64,000 nucleotides of DNA from Erysipelotrichaceae bacterium (GTDB taxonomy: Bacteria; Bacillota_I; Bacilli_A; Erysipelotrichales; Erysipelotrichaceae). This document shows, piece after piece, positions 8,801 through 18,672 of the stretch (positions are counted from its first letter, which is position 1; every line of letters starts with the position of its first letter). The notes under the pieces were generated by a model. It searched no databases. It saw nothing but the letters and a program-made list of their open reading frames with translations, and had not been told where the DNA came from. A program made the position numbers and the translations under genes. The stretch covers positions 41,521 through 105,520 of the forward strand of contig JAUMYM010000003.1 of the NCBI GenBank assembly GCA_030528645.1. Direction: 5' to 3'.

Positions 8801-10544
8801 TGAATCAAAGATTGTAAATAATGTAAATATTACTTACACAGGTTTAGGAACGGGAAGTAATCCAAGTATTACATTATTTAAAGTGGATGATATTGATAAT
8901 ACAAAACCGGTACAAGGCGTTGTATTCCAATTATTCTATGTCAATGATGCAGGAGTAGATGTTGCCGTAACTGATAAGAATAATAACAATGTAACCTTTA
9001 CAACAGGCGTAGATGGAAAGGTATTGGTGGTAGGAGATTCAGTCAATCTTGGATGGGCACTATGGAGTGATGGAAGAACCTATAAACTAAGAGAAATCGC
9101 AAGACCAAGTTGGTATTTAGCCAAAGGAGAAGATGTTACATTTAAGTTTAAAGATATTCCGGTAGCTGCAGATGAGTATTCTGTAGTAGGAGAAACGTTA
9201 ATGGTACAAAACAGTCGTGTAAAGACAACGGTAACTGCGACAAAGACATGGGTGAATGGACCGGCAAGCGATCATGTTTCAGTGCCTATGGAATTAACAA
9301 GAAGCAGTGCGACAGTAGCGAAAGAAGTTGTAAATGTAATGCCGGAAATTACAGGAACAGGACCATTTACATATACATGGAAAGATCTACCAAAAACAGA
9401 TACATTAGGGAATAACTATACGTATGAAGTAAAAGAACAAGGTGAAGTAAATAGTGTTTATACAACTGCAGGTGGAAATAGCTATGCAGTAAGTCAAGTA
9501 GGCAATAACATTACAAATACGTATCAAGCTGCCATGACAAGCTTTACGGCAACAAAGGTATGGGAAAATGGACCTGCAAATAGACCAACGATTATGTTAC
9601 AGTTAAAACGAAACGGAACTAATTTTGGTCAACCGGTAGCCCTAGTAAATCAAACGACAAAGACATGGGATAACTTACCAAAGAGTGATGATCAAGGTGT
9701 AGATTATGTCTATAGTGTTGATGAAGTAGGAACACCAACAAACTATAGAAAAGAGCTTGTAAACAATACAACGATTAAGAATACGTATGTGATACCAAAT
9801 ACAACGGTAAAAGCAACAAAGGTATGGGTGAATGGACCTGTAACAGACCATAGCGCTGTTGATATTGAATTGTATCGCAATATTTTAGGACAACCAGAAC
9901 AGTTGGTAAATGTAGCACCAGTACTTTCAGGAACAGGACCATTTACATATACATGGAATAATCTTGAACAAACAGATATACAAGGGAATGAATACATTTA
10001 TACAGTAAAAGAGAAAGGTGTAGTCAACAATGAGGTTGTGATTAATGGTAATACGTATGTTGTAAGTCAAGTAGGTAATACCATTACCAACACATATCGA
10101 AGTGCAGAGATTAGTTTTACAGGTACAAAGGTATGGGAAAATGGACCAACCAATAGACCAAGTATACAGTTACAGTTAAAGCAAAATGGAGTGAACCATT
10201 TAGCACCGGTAACATTAGCGAATGGAACATTAAGTTATACATGGACTAAGTTACCAAAAACAGATCAACAAGGAGTAGACTATGTCTATAGTATTGATGA
10301 AGTCGCTGTACCAGCTAATTATCGTAAGACCATTGTCGATGAACAAACGATTAAGAATATCTATGATCCGGTTGTAATAGTCCCAAGTGGAGGAGCGGAT
10401 GAAGAAGTTGAAAGTGTATCACATAGTGTGAAGATACCAAAAACAGGTGATACAACGAATACAACGTTATATGTTGTCTTTGCTGTAGCGGCATCAGCTG
10501 GTTTAGCTTATGTAGTTCTTAAAAGAAAAAAGAATCGTGATTAA
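5889..10544 (+). CDS. Cell-wall-anchored surface adhesin (signal peptide, Cna-B-type repeats, IPKTG sorting signal), paralog 1
   Basis: It has an N-terminal signal peptide (MFKKIFLIAMFLIASIAYRSISFA). Four Cna-B-like repeats carry TKVWxNGPxxRP / TKTWVNGP motifs. The C-terminus has KIPKTGD followed by a hydrophobic helix and KRKKNRD. The ribosome-binding site is aaagagg. Confidence 0.85.
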   Translation: MFKKIFLIAMFLIASIAYRSISFAQTDSTSEVAVRQEAPLTVETETSADKETQPEEATVTETAETSVVAEETVDANVASVDEAEANLDAGILPATLNATSKQFVFSTNLNQLISNVEISGLVQDGQGNYVVEPHKEYSIDLSFRETETLQFDMGDTDKEFVYTLPSGLEGITSQPTNFTINIVDQNGPASITGNQFTVENGQVKVRFNVNDPNYARLKLLPNVAFALSIKASFDGTQTQIDFGNNVLLKLQYENNASLEITKLGKQRKVGLPTIDYVVTVKTKGINHNVVISDAITGTAISLNKDVVVESSLNGVLSPTITYNETTGVNKGFQFTLPRTLNNEIITVKYSAEADFSKIIEKGNDEQTSNTAIAKSDEVAQVEAFHTLRNNIETLLIVKTHKAIQKNPTNPSIFTVPWTITVNENKLIDMSGRVIEDIFRASSQDKAKFTGDGIVIKVSKKDGSSETRNLKWNENGLVPIKNQDDNNIVGFRYTIPATDGFSSYTIEANSELDSSKSYVRLVVQNHAKILNLKGATGQVTINLTPGVGQDLLTAKKEAVSVNSQEIEWKISLSISRNGYPRLVVYDDNSKRTIVGKTYKDKYIADSLKIEGLYPEETFNFFLDDADTTEANSFSIEFFQDQGKATKGLLPSKDNQSRNLIITYKTRVNQELLRIAHDQGYTDTNAIHFNNMSARVTFDDYVAASRTVTPKLQTIEKKYTVTDTATIAGEAYPVYKYEIVLSNPTNETETILDAFDVNYLKYYDVNGVVIKGGPTAEEQTVVGGNATGEATVDGMKINIHEFPKNAGKLYPFYKVEYSLIVKDKAALDALNALAINAPEGYPLTNTATWNGLTSQVTEAKHTHFPYVDKKLDLNPSSANDYIAEFSIVVNKFGQDLIPNANALSISDTLSDSLRFIPESVVYEPAVNATYNYENNVLTFNDLPDNQKITIKYKAKVLGKGLVNFTNTAKFSNFESKIVNNVNITYTGLGTGSNPSITLFKVDDIDNTKPVQGVVFQLFYVNDAGVDVAVTDKNNNNVTFTTGVDGKVLVVGDSVNLGWALWSDGRTYKLREIARPSWYLAKGEDVTFKFKDIPVAADEYSVVGETLMVQNSRVKTTVTATKTWVNGPASDHVSVPMELTRSSATVAKEVVNVMPEITGTGPFTYTWKDLPKTDTLGNNYTYEVKEQGEVNSVYTTAGGNSYAVSQVGNNITNTYQAAMTSFTATKVWENGPANRPTIMLQLKRNGTNFGQPVALVNQTTKTWDNLPKSDDQGVDYVYSVDEVGTPTNYRKELVNNTTIKNTYVIPNTTVKATKVWVNGPVTDHSAVDIELYRNILGQPEQLVNVAPVLSGTGPFTYTWNNLEQTDIQGNEYIYTVKEKGVVNNEVVINGNTYVVSQVGNTITNTYRSAEISFTGTKVWENGPTNRPSIQLQLKQNGVNHLAPVTLANGTLSYTWTKLPKTDQQGVDYVYSIDEVAVPANYRKTIVDEQTIKNIYDPVVIVPSGGADEEVESVSHSVKIPKTGDTTNTTLYVVFAVAASAGLAYVVLKRKKNRD
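8125..10544 (+). repeat. Copy A of a 2.42 kb near-identical direct repeat, forming the 3' halves of the tandem adhesin genes
   Basis: It is identical to 13142..15561 at an offset of 5,017 bp, with one mismatch seen (8176 T versus 13193 C). Identical antisense ORFs appear in the ORF track at this offset. Confidence 0.85.
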
Positions 10545-10546
10545 CA

Positions 10547-10580
10547 AAAAATGACTAGTAATTAAAAACTAGTCATTTTT
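10547..10580 (+). terminator. Rho-independent terminator of adhesin paralog 1
   Basis: A 12-bp perfect stem (aaaatgactagt / actagtcatttt) with an 8-nt loop and a trailing T-run. Confidence 0.7.
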
Positions 10581-10806
10581 ATGTGTAAATTGTCAAAAAT
10601 TATGTTATTATATAGAACTGTATCGACTCTTTTTCTGCTTCTTCAATATATTATAATTTGTATGAAACCCATAGAGATGTGATAGAATGAAGGTGTAGAT
10701 ATGCCGTTTATATGAAATCACAATGACAACAGAAAATCTTTAGGTCGATAATATAACTATTTAAAAAAAGTAAAGTAACCATATTACTTAAGGAAAGAGG
10801 TACCAT

Positions 10807-13800
10807 ATGTTTAAAAAGATTTTTTTAATCGCTGTATTTCTGATTGCATCTATTGCATATAGAACTCTTAGTTTTGCAGAAACTGAGAAAACGAATATAA
10901 ATACGGAATCAGAAATTTCTACAAACACAGAAACGGAATCGAAAGATGAAGTTTCAACAACGATAACTGTTGATGAAAATGCAGAAAGTACGCCTGTAGT
11001 AGTTGAAGAAAATAATCAAACAACTACAGAAGAAGTAATTGCTACAGAGACATCGCCTGATGTAACAGGTCCGAATAGTACAAATCCTGAAACGTTACCT
11101 GAATCAAGTGAGCTGATGCCTGAAACAACAGAAGAAGTAAATGAAAAAATGACTTTAAATGCGGAAGCAGTAACAGAAGAAAACTTAGATGAAGGGATTA
11201 TTCCTGCAAATATAAATCCGTTATCAAAACAATTTGTATTTGATACAAACTTAAATCAATTCGTAAGTAACTTGGAGATTTCAGGTTTAGTGCAAGATGA
11301 ACAAGGAAATTATGTTGTGGTTCCATATACAGAATATTCCATTGACTTATCATTTAGAGAAACAGAAACATTGCAACTTGATATGGATGATACAGGCAAG
11401 GAGTTTATCTATACATTGCCAAGTGGATTAGAAGGTATTAATTCACAACCGACGAATTTTACGATTAATATTGTTGACCAAAATGGTTCGGCGAGTATTG
11501 CGGGAAATCAATTTACAGTTGAAAATGGACAAGTAAAAGTTCGTTTCAATGTAAATGATCCAAATTATGCTCGTTTAAAATTATTGCCAAATGTAGCGTT
11601 TACCTTAACAATTAAAGCTAGTTTTGATGGCACACAAACTCAAATTGATTTTGGTAATAATGTTGTGATTAAGTTAAAATTTGAAAACAATGCTAGTTTA
11701 GAGATTACAAAAACCGGTGCGCAACGTGGCGTATCATCAAAAATTGTTGATTATACATTAACGGTAAAATCAAATGGTATCAATGAAAATGTTCAAATTG
11801 AAGATGTTATTTCTGGAACAGCATTAAATCTAGATAAAAATTTATACATTGTATCAAGTGTAAAAGGTGAACTGAAACCAACGATTACCTATAACGAGGC
11901 ATCTGGTGTCAATAAAGGCTTCTCTACTACGATTGATCGTATGATTAGTGGAGAAATAGTAACGATTAAATATACTGCAAATATTGATTTTAATAAAATT
12001 ACAGATATTGGTACCGTTGCACAAACTGCAAATAGAGCAACAGCACAAAGTACACAATCACCTATGGTGGAAGCAAATCATAGCTTATATAAGAGTATTG
12101 CTTATAAAGGGGTTGAAAAAAAGGCTTCACCTCCAGTGACAAATCCTGGTAACTCTAATTTACATCAAGTGAGTTGGGAAATTAAGGTCAATGAAGAAAA
12201 GTTATTTGATATGAGTAACCGAGTGATTATGGATGAGGTTCATTCAACAAGTACAGGTGTTATGCATATCGTTGGTACTGGTATCAAAATGCAAGTCACA
12301 AAACCGGATGGTTCTGTTGAAAACAGAAATTTAGCATGGAGTGACTTAACGGTTATTCGTGATGGTAGTGGACGTATCACTTCTTGGAAGTATAATGTTC
12401 CATCAACGGATGGCGTTTCTAGTTATAAAATTACAGTAGACACTGAGGTAGATAGTTCAAATATTTTTGCTCGTTTAGTTGTAGTGAATAAAGCTAAAAT
12501 TGAAGGTATTAAAGAAACATCAGCTTCTCAAGTATTTACACCTGGAGTTGGACAAGATACCTTAACAGCAAAAAAAGAAGCAGTAAGTGTAAATAGTCAG
12601 GAAATTGAATGGAAGATTACCGTTGATGTAGCAAGTAAAGGTTACCCATCGTTCTTTATTGTAGATGATGTTACACGTATATTATATAAAGGAGTAACTT
12701 ATAAAGACGAATTCCTTAAACCAACATTATTGGTAGAAGGATTGTATCCGGAAGAATCCTATAAATTAAATGAAATCTTTAATGGAGATGCTAATACATT
12801 TACTTTGGTGTTCTACCAAAATCAAGAGCAAACCATTGAAGGATTAAAACCAAGTACAAACAATCAGAAACGTTCCATTGTAATTACTTATAAGGCAAAA
12901 GTAAATCAAGAAATTTTAGCTATTGCTCATGCCAATGGATATGCAGACTATACGGCTGAACACCGTAATAACATCTCAGCACGTGTAACATCGGGAGACT
13001 ATGTTGGTGCGGTTGCAAAAGCATACCCAAAAATTCAAACAATTGAAAAGAGCTATCTATCAATGACACAAGAAAATGTCAATGGTGCTCCTTATCCAGT
13101 CTTTAATTATTCAGTTGTAATTTCTAATGTATCTGGAGATCCAGAAACCATTTTAGATGCCTTTGATGTGAATTATTTGAAATATTACGATGCAAATGGA
13201 GTGGTAATTAAAGGTGGACCGACAGCGGAAGAACAAACAGTTGTTGGTGGAAATGCAACCGGTGAAGCAACGGTTGATGGTATGAAAATTAATATCCATG
13301 AGTTTCCAAAAAATGCCGGAAAATTATATCCATTCTATAAAGTAGAATATTCATTAATTGTAAAAGATAAAGCGGCTTTAGATGCGTTAAATGCCTTAGC
13401 GATTAACGCGCCGGAAGGATATCCATTAACAAATACAGCAACATGGAATGGATTAACAAGCCAAGTAACAGAAGCGAAACATACACATTTTCCATACGTT
13501 GATAAAAAGCTAGACTTAAATCCAAGTTCAGCAAATGATTATATTGCCGAGTTTTCAATTGTAGTAAATAAATTTGGGCAAGACTTAATTCCAAATGCCA
13601 ATGCTTTAAGTATATCTGATACTTTATCAGATAGCTTACGTTTCATCCCGGAATCAGTGGTATATGAACCAGCAGTAAACGCAACTTACAATTATGAAAA
13701 CAACGTTTTAACATTCAATGATTTACCGGATAATCAAAAGATAACAATTAAGTATAAAGCAAAAGTATTAGGAAAAGGACTTGTAAACTTTACAAATACA

Positions 13801-15561
13801 GCAAAATTCTCAAACTTTGAATCAAAGATTGTAAATAATGTAAATATTACTTACACAGGTTTAGGAACGGGAAGTAATCCAAGTATTACATTATTTAAAG
13901 TGGATGATATTGATAATACAAAACCGGTACAAGGCGTTGTATTCCAATTATTCTATGTCAATGATGCAGGAGTAGATGTTGCCGTAACTGATAAGAATAA
14001 TAACAATGTAACCTTTACAACAGGCGTAGATGGAAAGGTATTGGTGGTAGGAGATTCAGTCAATCTTGGATGGGCACTATGGAGTGATGGAAGAACCTAT
14101 AAACTAAGAGAAATCGCAAGACCAAGTTGGTATTTAGCCAAAGGAGAAGATGTTACATTTAAGTTTAAAGATATTCCGGTAGCTGCAGATGAGTATTCTG
14201 TAGTAGGAGAAACGTTAATGGTACAAAACAGTCGTGTAAAGACAACGGTAACTGCGACAAAGACATGGGTGAATGGACCGGCAAGCGATCATGTTTCAGT
14301 GCCTATGGAATTAACAAGAAGCAGTGCGACAGTAGCGAAAGAAGTTGTAAATGTAATGCCGGAAATTACAGGAACAGGACCATTTACATATACATGGAAA
14401 GATCTACCAAAAACAGATACATTAGGGAATAACTATACGTATGAAGTAAAAGAACAAGGTGAAGTAAATAGTGTTTATACAACTGCAGGTGGAAATAGCT
14501 ATGCAGTAAGTCAAGTAGGCAATAACATTACAAATACGTATCAAGCTGCCATGACAAGCTTTACGGCAACAAAGGTATGGGAAAATGGACCTGCAAATAG
14601 ACCAACGATTATGTTACAGTTAAAACGAAACGGAACTAATTTTGGTCAACCGGTAGCCCTAGTAAATCAAACGACAAAGACATGGGATAACTTACCAAAG
14701 AGTGATGATCAAGGTGTAGATTATGTCTATAGTGTTGATGAAGTAGGAACACCAACAAACTATAGAAAAGAGCTTGTAAACAATACAACGATTAAGAATA
14801 CGTATGTGATACCAAATACAACGGTAAAAGCAACAAAGGTATGGGTGAATGGACCTGTAACAGACCATAGCGCTGTTGATATTGAATTGTATCGCAATAT
14901 TTTAGGACAACCAGAACAGTTGGTAAATGTAGCACCAGTACTTTCAGGAACAGGACCATTTACATATACATGGAATAATCTTGAACAAACAGATATACAA
15001 GGGAATGAATACATTTATACAGTAAAAGAGAAAGGTGTAGTCAACAATGAGGTTGTGATTAATGGTAATACGTATGTTGTAAGTCAAGTAGGTAATACCA
15101 TTACCAACACATATCGAAGTGCAGAGATTAGTTTTACAGGTACAAAGGTATGGGAAAATGGACCAACCAATAGACCAAGTATACAGTTACAGTTAAAGCA
15201 AAATGGAGTGAACCATTTAGCACCGGTAACATTAGCGAATGGAACATTAAGTTATACATGGACTAAGTTACCAAAAACAGATCAACAAGGAGTAGACTAT
15301 GTCTATAGTATTGATGAAGTCGCTGTACCAGCTAATTATCGTAAGACCATTGTCGATGAACAAACGATTAAGAATATCTATGATCCGGTTGTAATAGTCC
15401 CAAGTGGAGGAGCGGATGAAGAAGTTGAAAGTGTATCACATAGTGTGAAGATACCAAAAACAGGTGATACAACGAATACAACGTTATATGTTGTCTTTGC
15501 TGTAGCGGCATCAGCTGGTTTAGCTTATGTAGTTCTTAAAAGAAAAAAGAATCGTGATTAA
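10807..15561 (+). CDS. Cell-wall-anchored surface adhesin, paralog 2, with an extra Thr/Glu-rich N-terminal low-complexity stretch
   Basis: The signal peptide is MFKKIFLIAVFLIASIAYRTLSFA. The N-terminal region is about 85% identical to paralog 1, the middle has diverged, and the C-terminal 804 aa are identical, including the IPKTG sorting signal. Confidence 0.85.
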   Translation: MFKKIFLIAVFLIASIAYRTLSFAETEKTNINTESEISTNTETESKDEVSTTITVDENAESTPVVVEENNQTTTEEVIATETSPDVTGPNSTNPETLPESSELMPETTEEVNEKMTLNAEAVTEENLDEGIIPANINPLSKQFVFDTNLNQFVSNLEISGLVQDEQGNYVVVPYTEYSIDLSFRETETLQLDMDDTGKEFIYTLPSGLEGINSQPTNFTINIVDQNGSASIAGNQFTVENGQVKVRFNVNDPNYARLKLLPNVAFTLTIKASFDGTQTQIDFGNNVVIKLKFENNASLEITKTGAQRGVSSKIVDYTLTVKSNGINENVQIEDVISGTALNLDKNLYIVSSVKGELKPTITYNEASGVNKGFSTTIDRMISGEIVTIKYTANIDFNKITDIGTVAQTANRATAQSTQSPMVEANHSLYKSIAYKGVEKKASPPVTNPGNSNLHQVSWEIKVNEEKLFDMSNRVIMDEVHSTSTGVMHIVGTGIKMQVTKPDGSVENRNLAWSDLTVIRDGSGRITSWKYNVPSTDGVSSYKITVDTEVDSSNIFARLVVVNKAKIEGIKETSASQVFTPGVGQDTLTAKKEAVSVNSQEIEWKITVDVASKGYPSFFIVDDVTRILYKGVTYKDEFLKPTLLVEGLYPEESYKLNEIFNGDANTFTLVFYQNQEQTIEGLKPSTNNQKRSIVITYKAKVNQEILAIAHANGYADYTAEHRNNISARVTSGDYVGAVAKAYPKIQTIEKSYLSMTQENVNGAPYPVFNYSVVISNVSGDPETILDAFDVNYLKYYDANGVVIKGGPTAEEQTVVGGNATGEATVDGMKINIHEFPKNAGKLYPFYKVEYSLIVKDKAALDALNALAINAPEGYPLTNTATWNGLTSQVTEAKHTHFPYVDKKLDLNPSSANDYIAEFSIVVNKFGQDLIPNANALSISDTLSDSLRFIPESVVYEPAVNATYNYENNVLTFNDLPDNQKITIKYKAKVLGKGLVNFTNTAKFSNFESKIVNNVNITYTGLGTGSNPSITLFKVDDIDNTKPVQGVVFQLFYVNDAGVDVAVTDKNNNNVTFTTGVDGKVLVVGDSVNLGWALWSDGRTYKLREIARPSWYLAKGEDVTFKFKDIPVAADEYSVVGETLMVQNSRVKTTVTATKTWVNGPASDHVSVPMELTRSSATVAKEVVNVMPEITGTGPFTYTWKDLPKTDTLGNNYTYEVKEQGEVNSVYTTAGGNSYAVSQVGNNITNTYQAAMTSFTATKVWENGPANRPTIMLQLKRNGTNFGQPVALVNQTTKTWDNLPKSDDQGVDYVYSVDEVGTPTNYRKELVNNTTIKNTYVIPNTTVKATKVWVNGPVTDHSAVDIELYRNILGQPEQLVNVAPVLSGTGPFTYTWNNLEQTDIQGNEYIYTVKEKGVVNNEVVINGNTYVVSQVGNTITNTYRSAEISFTGTKVWENGPTNRPSIQLQLKQNGVNHLAPVTLANGTLSYTWTKLPKTDQQGVDYVYSIDEVAVPANYRKTIVDEQTIKNIYDPVVIVPSGGADEEVESVSHSVKIPKTGDTTNTTLYVVFAVAASAGLAYVVLKRKKNRD
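13142..15561 (+). repeat. Copy B of the 2.42 kb near-identical direct repeat
   Basis: See copy A. Divergence resumes immediately after the stop codon. Confidence 0.85.
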
Positions 15562-15568
15562 ATAACAA

Positions 15569-15594
15569 AGAAGGAATAGAGATTCCTTCTTTTA
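15569..15594 (+). terminator. Rho-independent terminator of adhesin paralog 2
   Basis: Stem agaaggaat / attccttct with loop agag and a trailing TTT. Confidence 0.6.
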
Positions 15595-15737
15595 CTATAA
15601 AGGATAAAATTATGCAATGAATCTGGTTTTTCACTGGATAATAACCTTTTGAAATCGATATACTTATCATTTTTGTGATGATAAATATAATATTTATGAT
15701 AAAATAGTTAGAGAGAAAATTAAGAGGAAAATGTAAA

Positions 15738-17933
15738 ATGGCTAAAGAAATTTTTAGTATGGATTTTTATGGGCGTAATTTGACGGTAGAAACAGGCGAA
15801 ATTGCGAAACAAGCTGGGGGATCAGTTTTAGTAAGATATGAAGATACGGTAGTGTTATCAACAGCTACAGCTTCAAAACAAGCAAAAGACACTGATTTTT
15901 TCCCATTAACAGTTACGTTTGAAGAAAAACTATATTCTGCAGGAAAAATTCCTGGTGGATTTTTAAGAAGAGAAGGTAGACCTTCTGAACACGCTACTTT
16001 AACGGCACGTTTGATTGACCGACCAATTCGTCCGTTATTTGCGGAAGGTTTTCGTAATGAAGTGCAAGTAGTCAATACGGTACTTTCAACAAATACAGAT
16101 GTATCACCTGAAATGGCAGCTATGTTTGGTGCTTCTCTTGCATTATGTGTAAGTAATATTCCATTCAATGGACCGATTGCTGGTGTTATTGTCGGTAGAG
16201 TGGATGGAGAATTTATTATTAACCCAACAGTAGAGCAACAAGAAAAAAGTGATATTCACTTAGCAGTAGCTGGTACAAAAGATGCGATTAACATGGTTGA
16301 AGCCGGTGCAAAAGAAGTAAGTGAAGAAGTTATGTTGGATGCTTTATTTTTTGGACATGATGCGATTAAACAATTATGTGCATTTCAAGAAGAAATTATG
16401 TTGAAGTGTGCAAAAGAAAAAATGGATGTAGTTTTATATGAAATCAATCCAATGATTAAAGCACTGGTAGATGAAAAGGGTAAACAACGTATTGAAGAAG
16501 CAGTATCGATCAAAGGTAAATTGGAACGTTATGGTAAAATTGATGAATTAACGGAAGAGATGTGCTTATTAGTTGAAGCAATGACTTTTGAAAATGATAA
16601 AGCAAAAGAAAAAGCAGTAAAACAATGTAAAGAATATTGTACAGAAATTGAAGCAAATGAAGTGCGTCGTTTAATTTCTGTGGATAAAATTAGACCGGAT
16701 GGTCGTAAAGTGGATGAAATTCGTCCGTTAAACTCGCAAATAGATTTATTGCCTCGTGTACATGGTTCAGCATTGTTTACACGTGGAGAAACACAAGTGT
16801 TATCGGTAACCACATTAGGTGCGTTGGGTGATAATCAAATTATTGATGATTTAACAGATGTAGAAGAAAAACGTTTCATGCATCACTATAATTTCCCACC
16901 ATATTCCGTTGGTGAAGTAGGAAGAATTGGCTCACCAGGTCGTCGTGAAATTGGTCATGGTGCTTTAGGTGAACGTGCTCTTGCGCAAGTATTGCCAAGT
17001 GAAGAGGAGTTTCCATATGCAATACGTACGGTTGCTGAAGTATTAGAATCAAATGGTTCTTCTTCGCAAGCTTCGATTTGTGCTGGTACAATGTCTTTAA
17101 TGGCAGCAGGTGTACCAATTAAAGCGCCGGTAGCAGGGATTGCGATGGGGCTTGTTACATATGGAGAACACTATACAGTGCTAAGTGATATTCAAGGTAT
17201 GGAAGATCACTTTGGGGATATGGATTTTAAAGTGGCAGGGACTAATGCAGGTATTACTGCATTACAAATGGATATTAAAATTGAAGGTATTCGTCGTGAT
17301 ATTTTAGTGGAAGCCTTGGCTCAAGCGAAAAAAGGACGTCAAGAAATCATGGCAAATATGATGGAATGTATTGATGAACCACGCAAAGAAGTAAGTAAAT
17401 ACGCTCCAAAGATGGTTACACTTACAATTCCTGTTGATAAGATTCGTGAAGTCATTGGTACTGGTGGAAAAATGATTAACCAAATCATTGAAGAATGTAA
17501 TCAAGTTAAAATTGATATTGAAGATGATGGACGTTGTGTTATTTATCATAATGATATGGACGCATTAAATAAGGCAAAGGCGATGATTGAAGCAATTATT
17601 AAAGAAGCTAAAGTTGGTGAAATTTATGAATCCAAAGTGGTTCGTATTGAAAAATTTGGAGCTTTTGTTGAATTGTTTACAGGAACAGATGCGTTACTTC
17701 ATGTATCAAAAATTAGTCATCAACGTGTAGATAAGCCGGAAAGTGTATTAAAACTTGGTGATGTTGTACGTGTTATTGTGACCGAAATTGATGATAAAGG
17801 ACGTGTAAATGTATCTGCCAAAGATTTAATTGAAAAACCAGAAACTCTTCAAGAAGAAAGTGATAAAAAAGCAGAAGAAAAACCGGTTGAGAAAAAATCA
17901 GGTGAAAAGCGTTTCTTTAAGAAAAAAGATTAA
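15738..17933 (+). CDS. pnp: Polyribonucleotide nucleotidyltransferase (PNPase)
   Basis: A 731-aa protein with two RNase PH domains, a KH domain and a C-terminal S1 domain. It is strongly conserved (e.g. [17 protein letters not shown]). Confidence 0.95.
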   Translation: MAKEIFSMDFYGRNLTVETGEIAKQAGGSVLVRYEDTVVLSTATASKQAKDTDFFPLTVTFEEKLYSAGKIPGGFLRREGRPSEHATLTARLIDRPIRPLFAEGFRNEVQVVNTVLSTNTDVSPEMAAMFGASLALCVSNIPFNGPIAGVIVGRVDGEFIINPTVEQQEKSDIHLAVAGTKDAINMVEAGAKEVSEEVMLDALFFGHDAIKQLCAFQEEIMLKCAKEKMDVVLYEINPMIKALVDEKGKQRIEEAVSIKGKLERYGKIDELTEEMCLLVEAMTFENDKAKEKAVKQCKEYCTEIEANEVRRLISVDKIRPDGRKVDEIRPLNSQIDLLPRVHGSALFTRGETQVLSVTTLGALGDNQIIDDLTDVEEKRFMHHYNFPPYSVGEVGRIGSPGRREIGHGALGERALAQVLPSEEEFPYAIRTVAEVLESNGSSSQASICAGTMSLMAAGVPIKAPVAGIAMGLVTYGEHYTVLSDIQGMEDHFGDMDFKVAGTNAGITALQMDIKIEGIRRDILVEALAQAKKGRQEIMANMMECIDEPRKEVSKYAPKMVTLTIPVDKIREVIGTGGKMINQIIEECNQVKIDIEDDGRCVIYHNDMDALNKAKAMIEAIIKEAKVGEIYESKVVRIEKFGAFVELFTGTDALLHVSKISHQRVDKPESVLKLGDVVRVIVTEIDDKGRVNVSAKDLIEKPETLQEESDKKAEEKPVEKKSGEKRFFKKKD

Positions 17934-17935
17934 AT

Positions 17936-18571
17936 ATGAGAATGCGTAAAAAAAAGTGGGCACTTCCTTTTTTACAAGAACACAGTGAAGTGGCTTTACA
18001 AAATCCAGTACATTTAAAAGGTAACTGGAATACTGTTTCCACTCAAAGACCAATACATTTAGAAATAGGTGTAGGTAAAGGCGGTTATATCAATCAAATG
18101 GCTTTGCAATATCCTGATGCCTTTTGGGTTGGTATTGAAAAAGATGTAAATGTTGTATGTATTGCCGTTAAGAATTTTATACGTCAAGAAAATGAGAATG
18201 AACTTTTTATAACAAATGATGCTAGTGAATTAGAACAATGGTTTGATAAAGAAGAAATTGATGTTATACATTTAAATTTCTCAGATCCATGGCCTAAAAA
18301 AGGCTATCGTAAGCGTCGTTTGTCGAGTGATGGTTTTGTTAGTAAATACCATGATATTTTAAAAGAAAATGGTAAAATTATTTTAAAAACAGATAATAAA
18401 ATTTTATTTGAATTTTCAGTTGTTGAAATACTTAAGTCAAACTTTACACTAGAGGAATTAAGTGTGGATTTTCGTAGAGAAGAACACCAAGAAGATGCAA
18501 TTACAGAATATGAAGCGAAATTTATGGCGTTAAATCAACCGATTTATCGTGCGATTTTCAAGAAGATTTAA
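17936..18571 (+). CDS. trmB: tRNA (guanine46-N7)-methyltransferase
   Basis: A 211-aa protein with the SAM-binding motif IEIGVGKGGYI and NFSDPWPKK. Confidence 0.85.
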   Translation: MRMRKKKWALPFLQEHSEVALQNPVHLKGNWNTVSTQRPIHLEIGVGKGGYINQMALQYPDAFWVGIEKDVNVVCIAVKNFIRQENENELFITNDASELEQWFDKEEIDVIHLNFSDPWPKKGYRKRRLSSDGFVSKYHDILKENGKIILKTDNKILFEFSVVEILKSNFTLEELSVDFRREEHQEDAITEYEAKFMALNQPIYRAIFKKI

Positions 18572-18572
18572 A

Positions 18573-18600
18573 AATAGACACGTTGTGTCTATTTTTTTCA
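18573..18600 (+). terminator. Rho-independent terminator after trmB
   Basis: aaatagacac-gtt-gtgtctattt followed by TTTTT. Confidence 0.65.
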
Positions 18601-18672
18601 AGGGAAAAGTATTGGTAAATATCTATGATTTCATAGATGAATATTGTATAATTTTTAAGAAAGGTAAAGATT

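Noticed and set aside
9237-10380. Whether the periodic approximately 300-bp repeats could be a CRISPR array or a non-coding tandem repeat
   Set aside because: The units are about 300 bp, in frame and diverged at the protein level (Cna-B domains), with no short direct repeats or spacers. They are coding domain repeats, not CRISPR.
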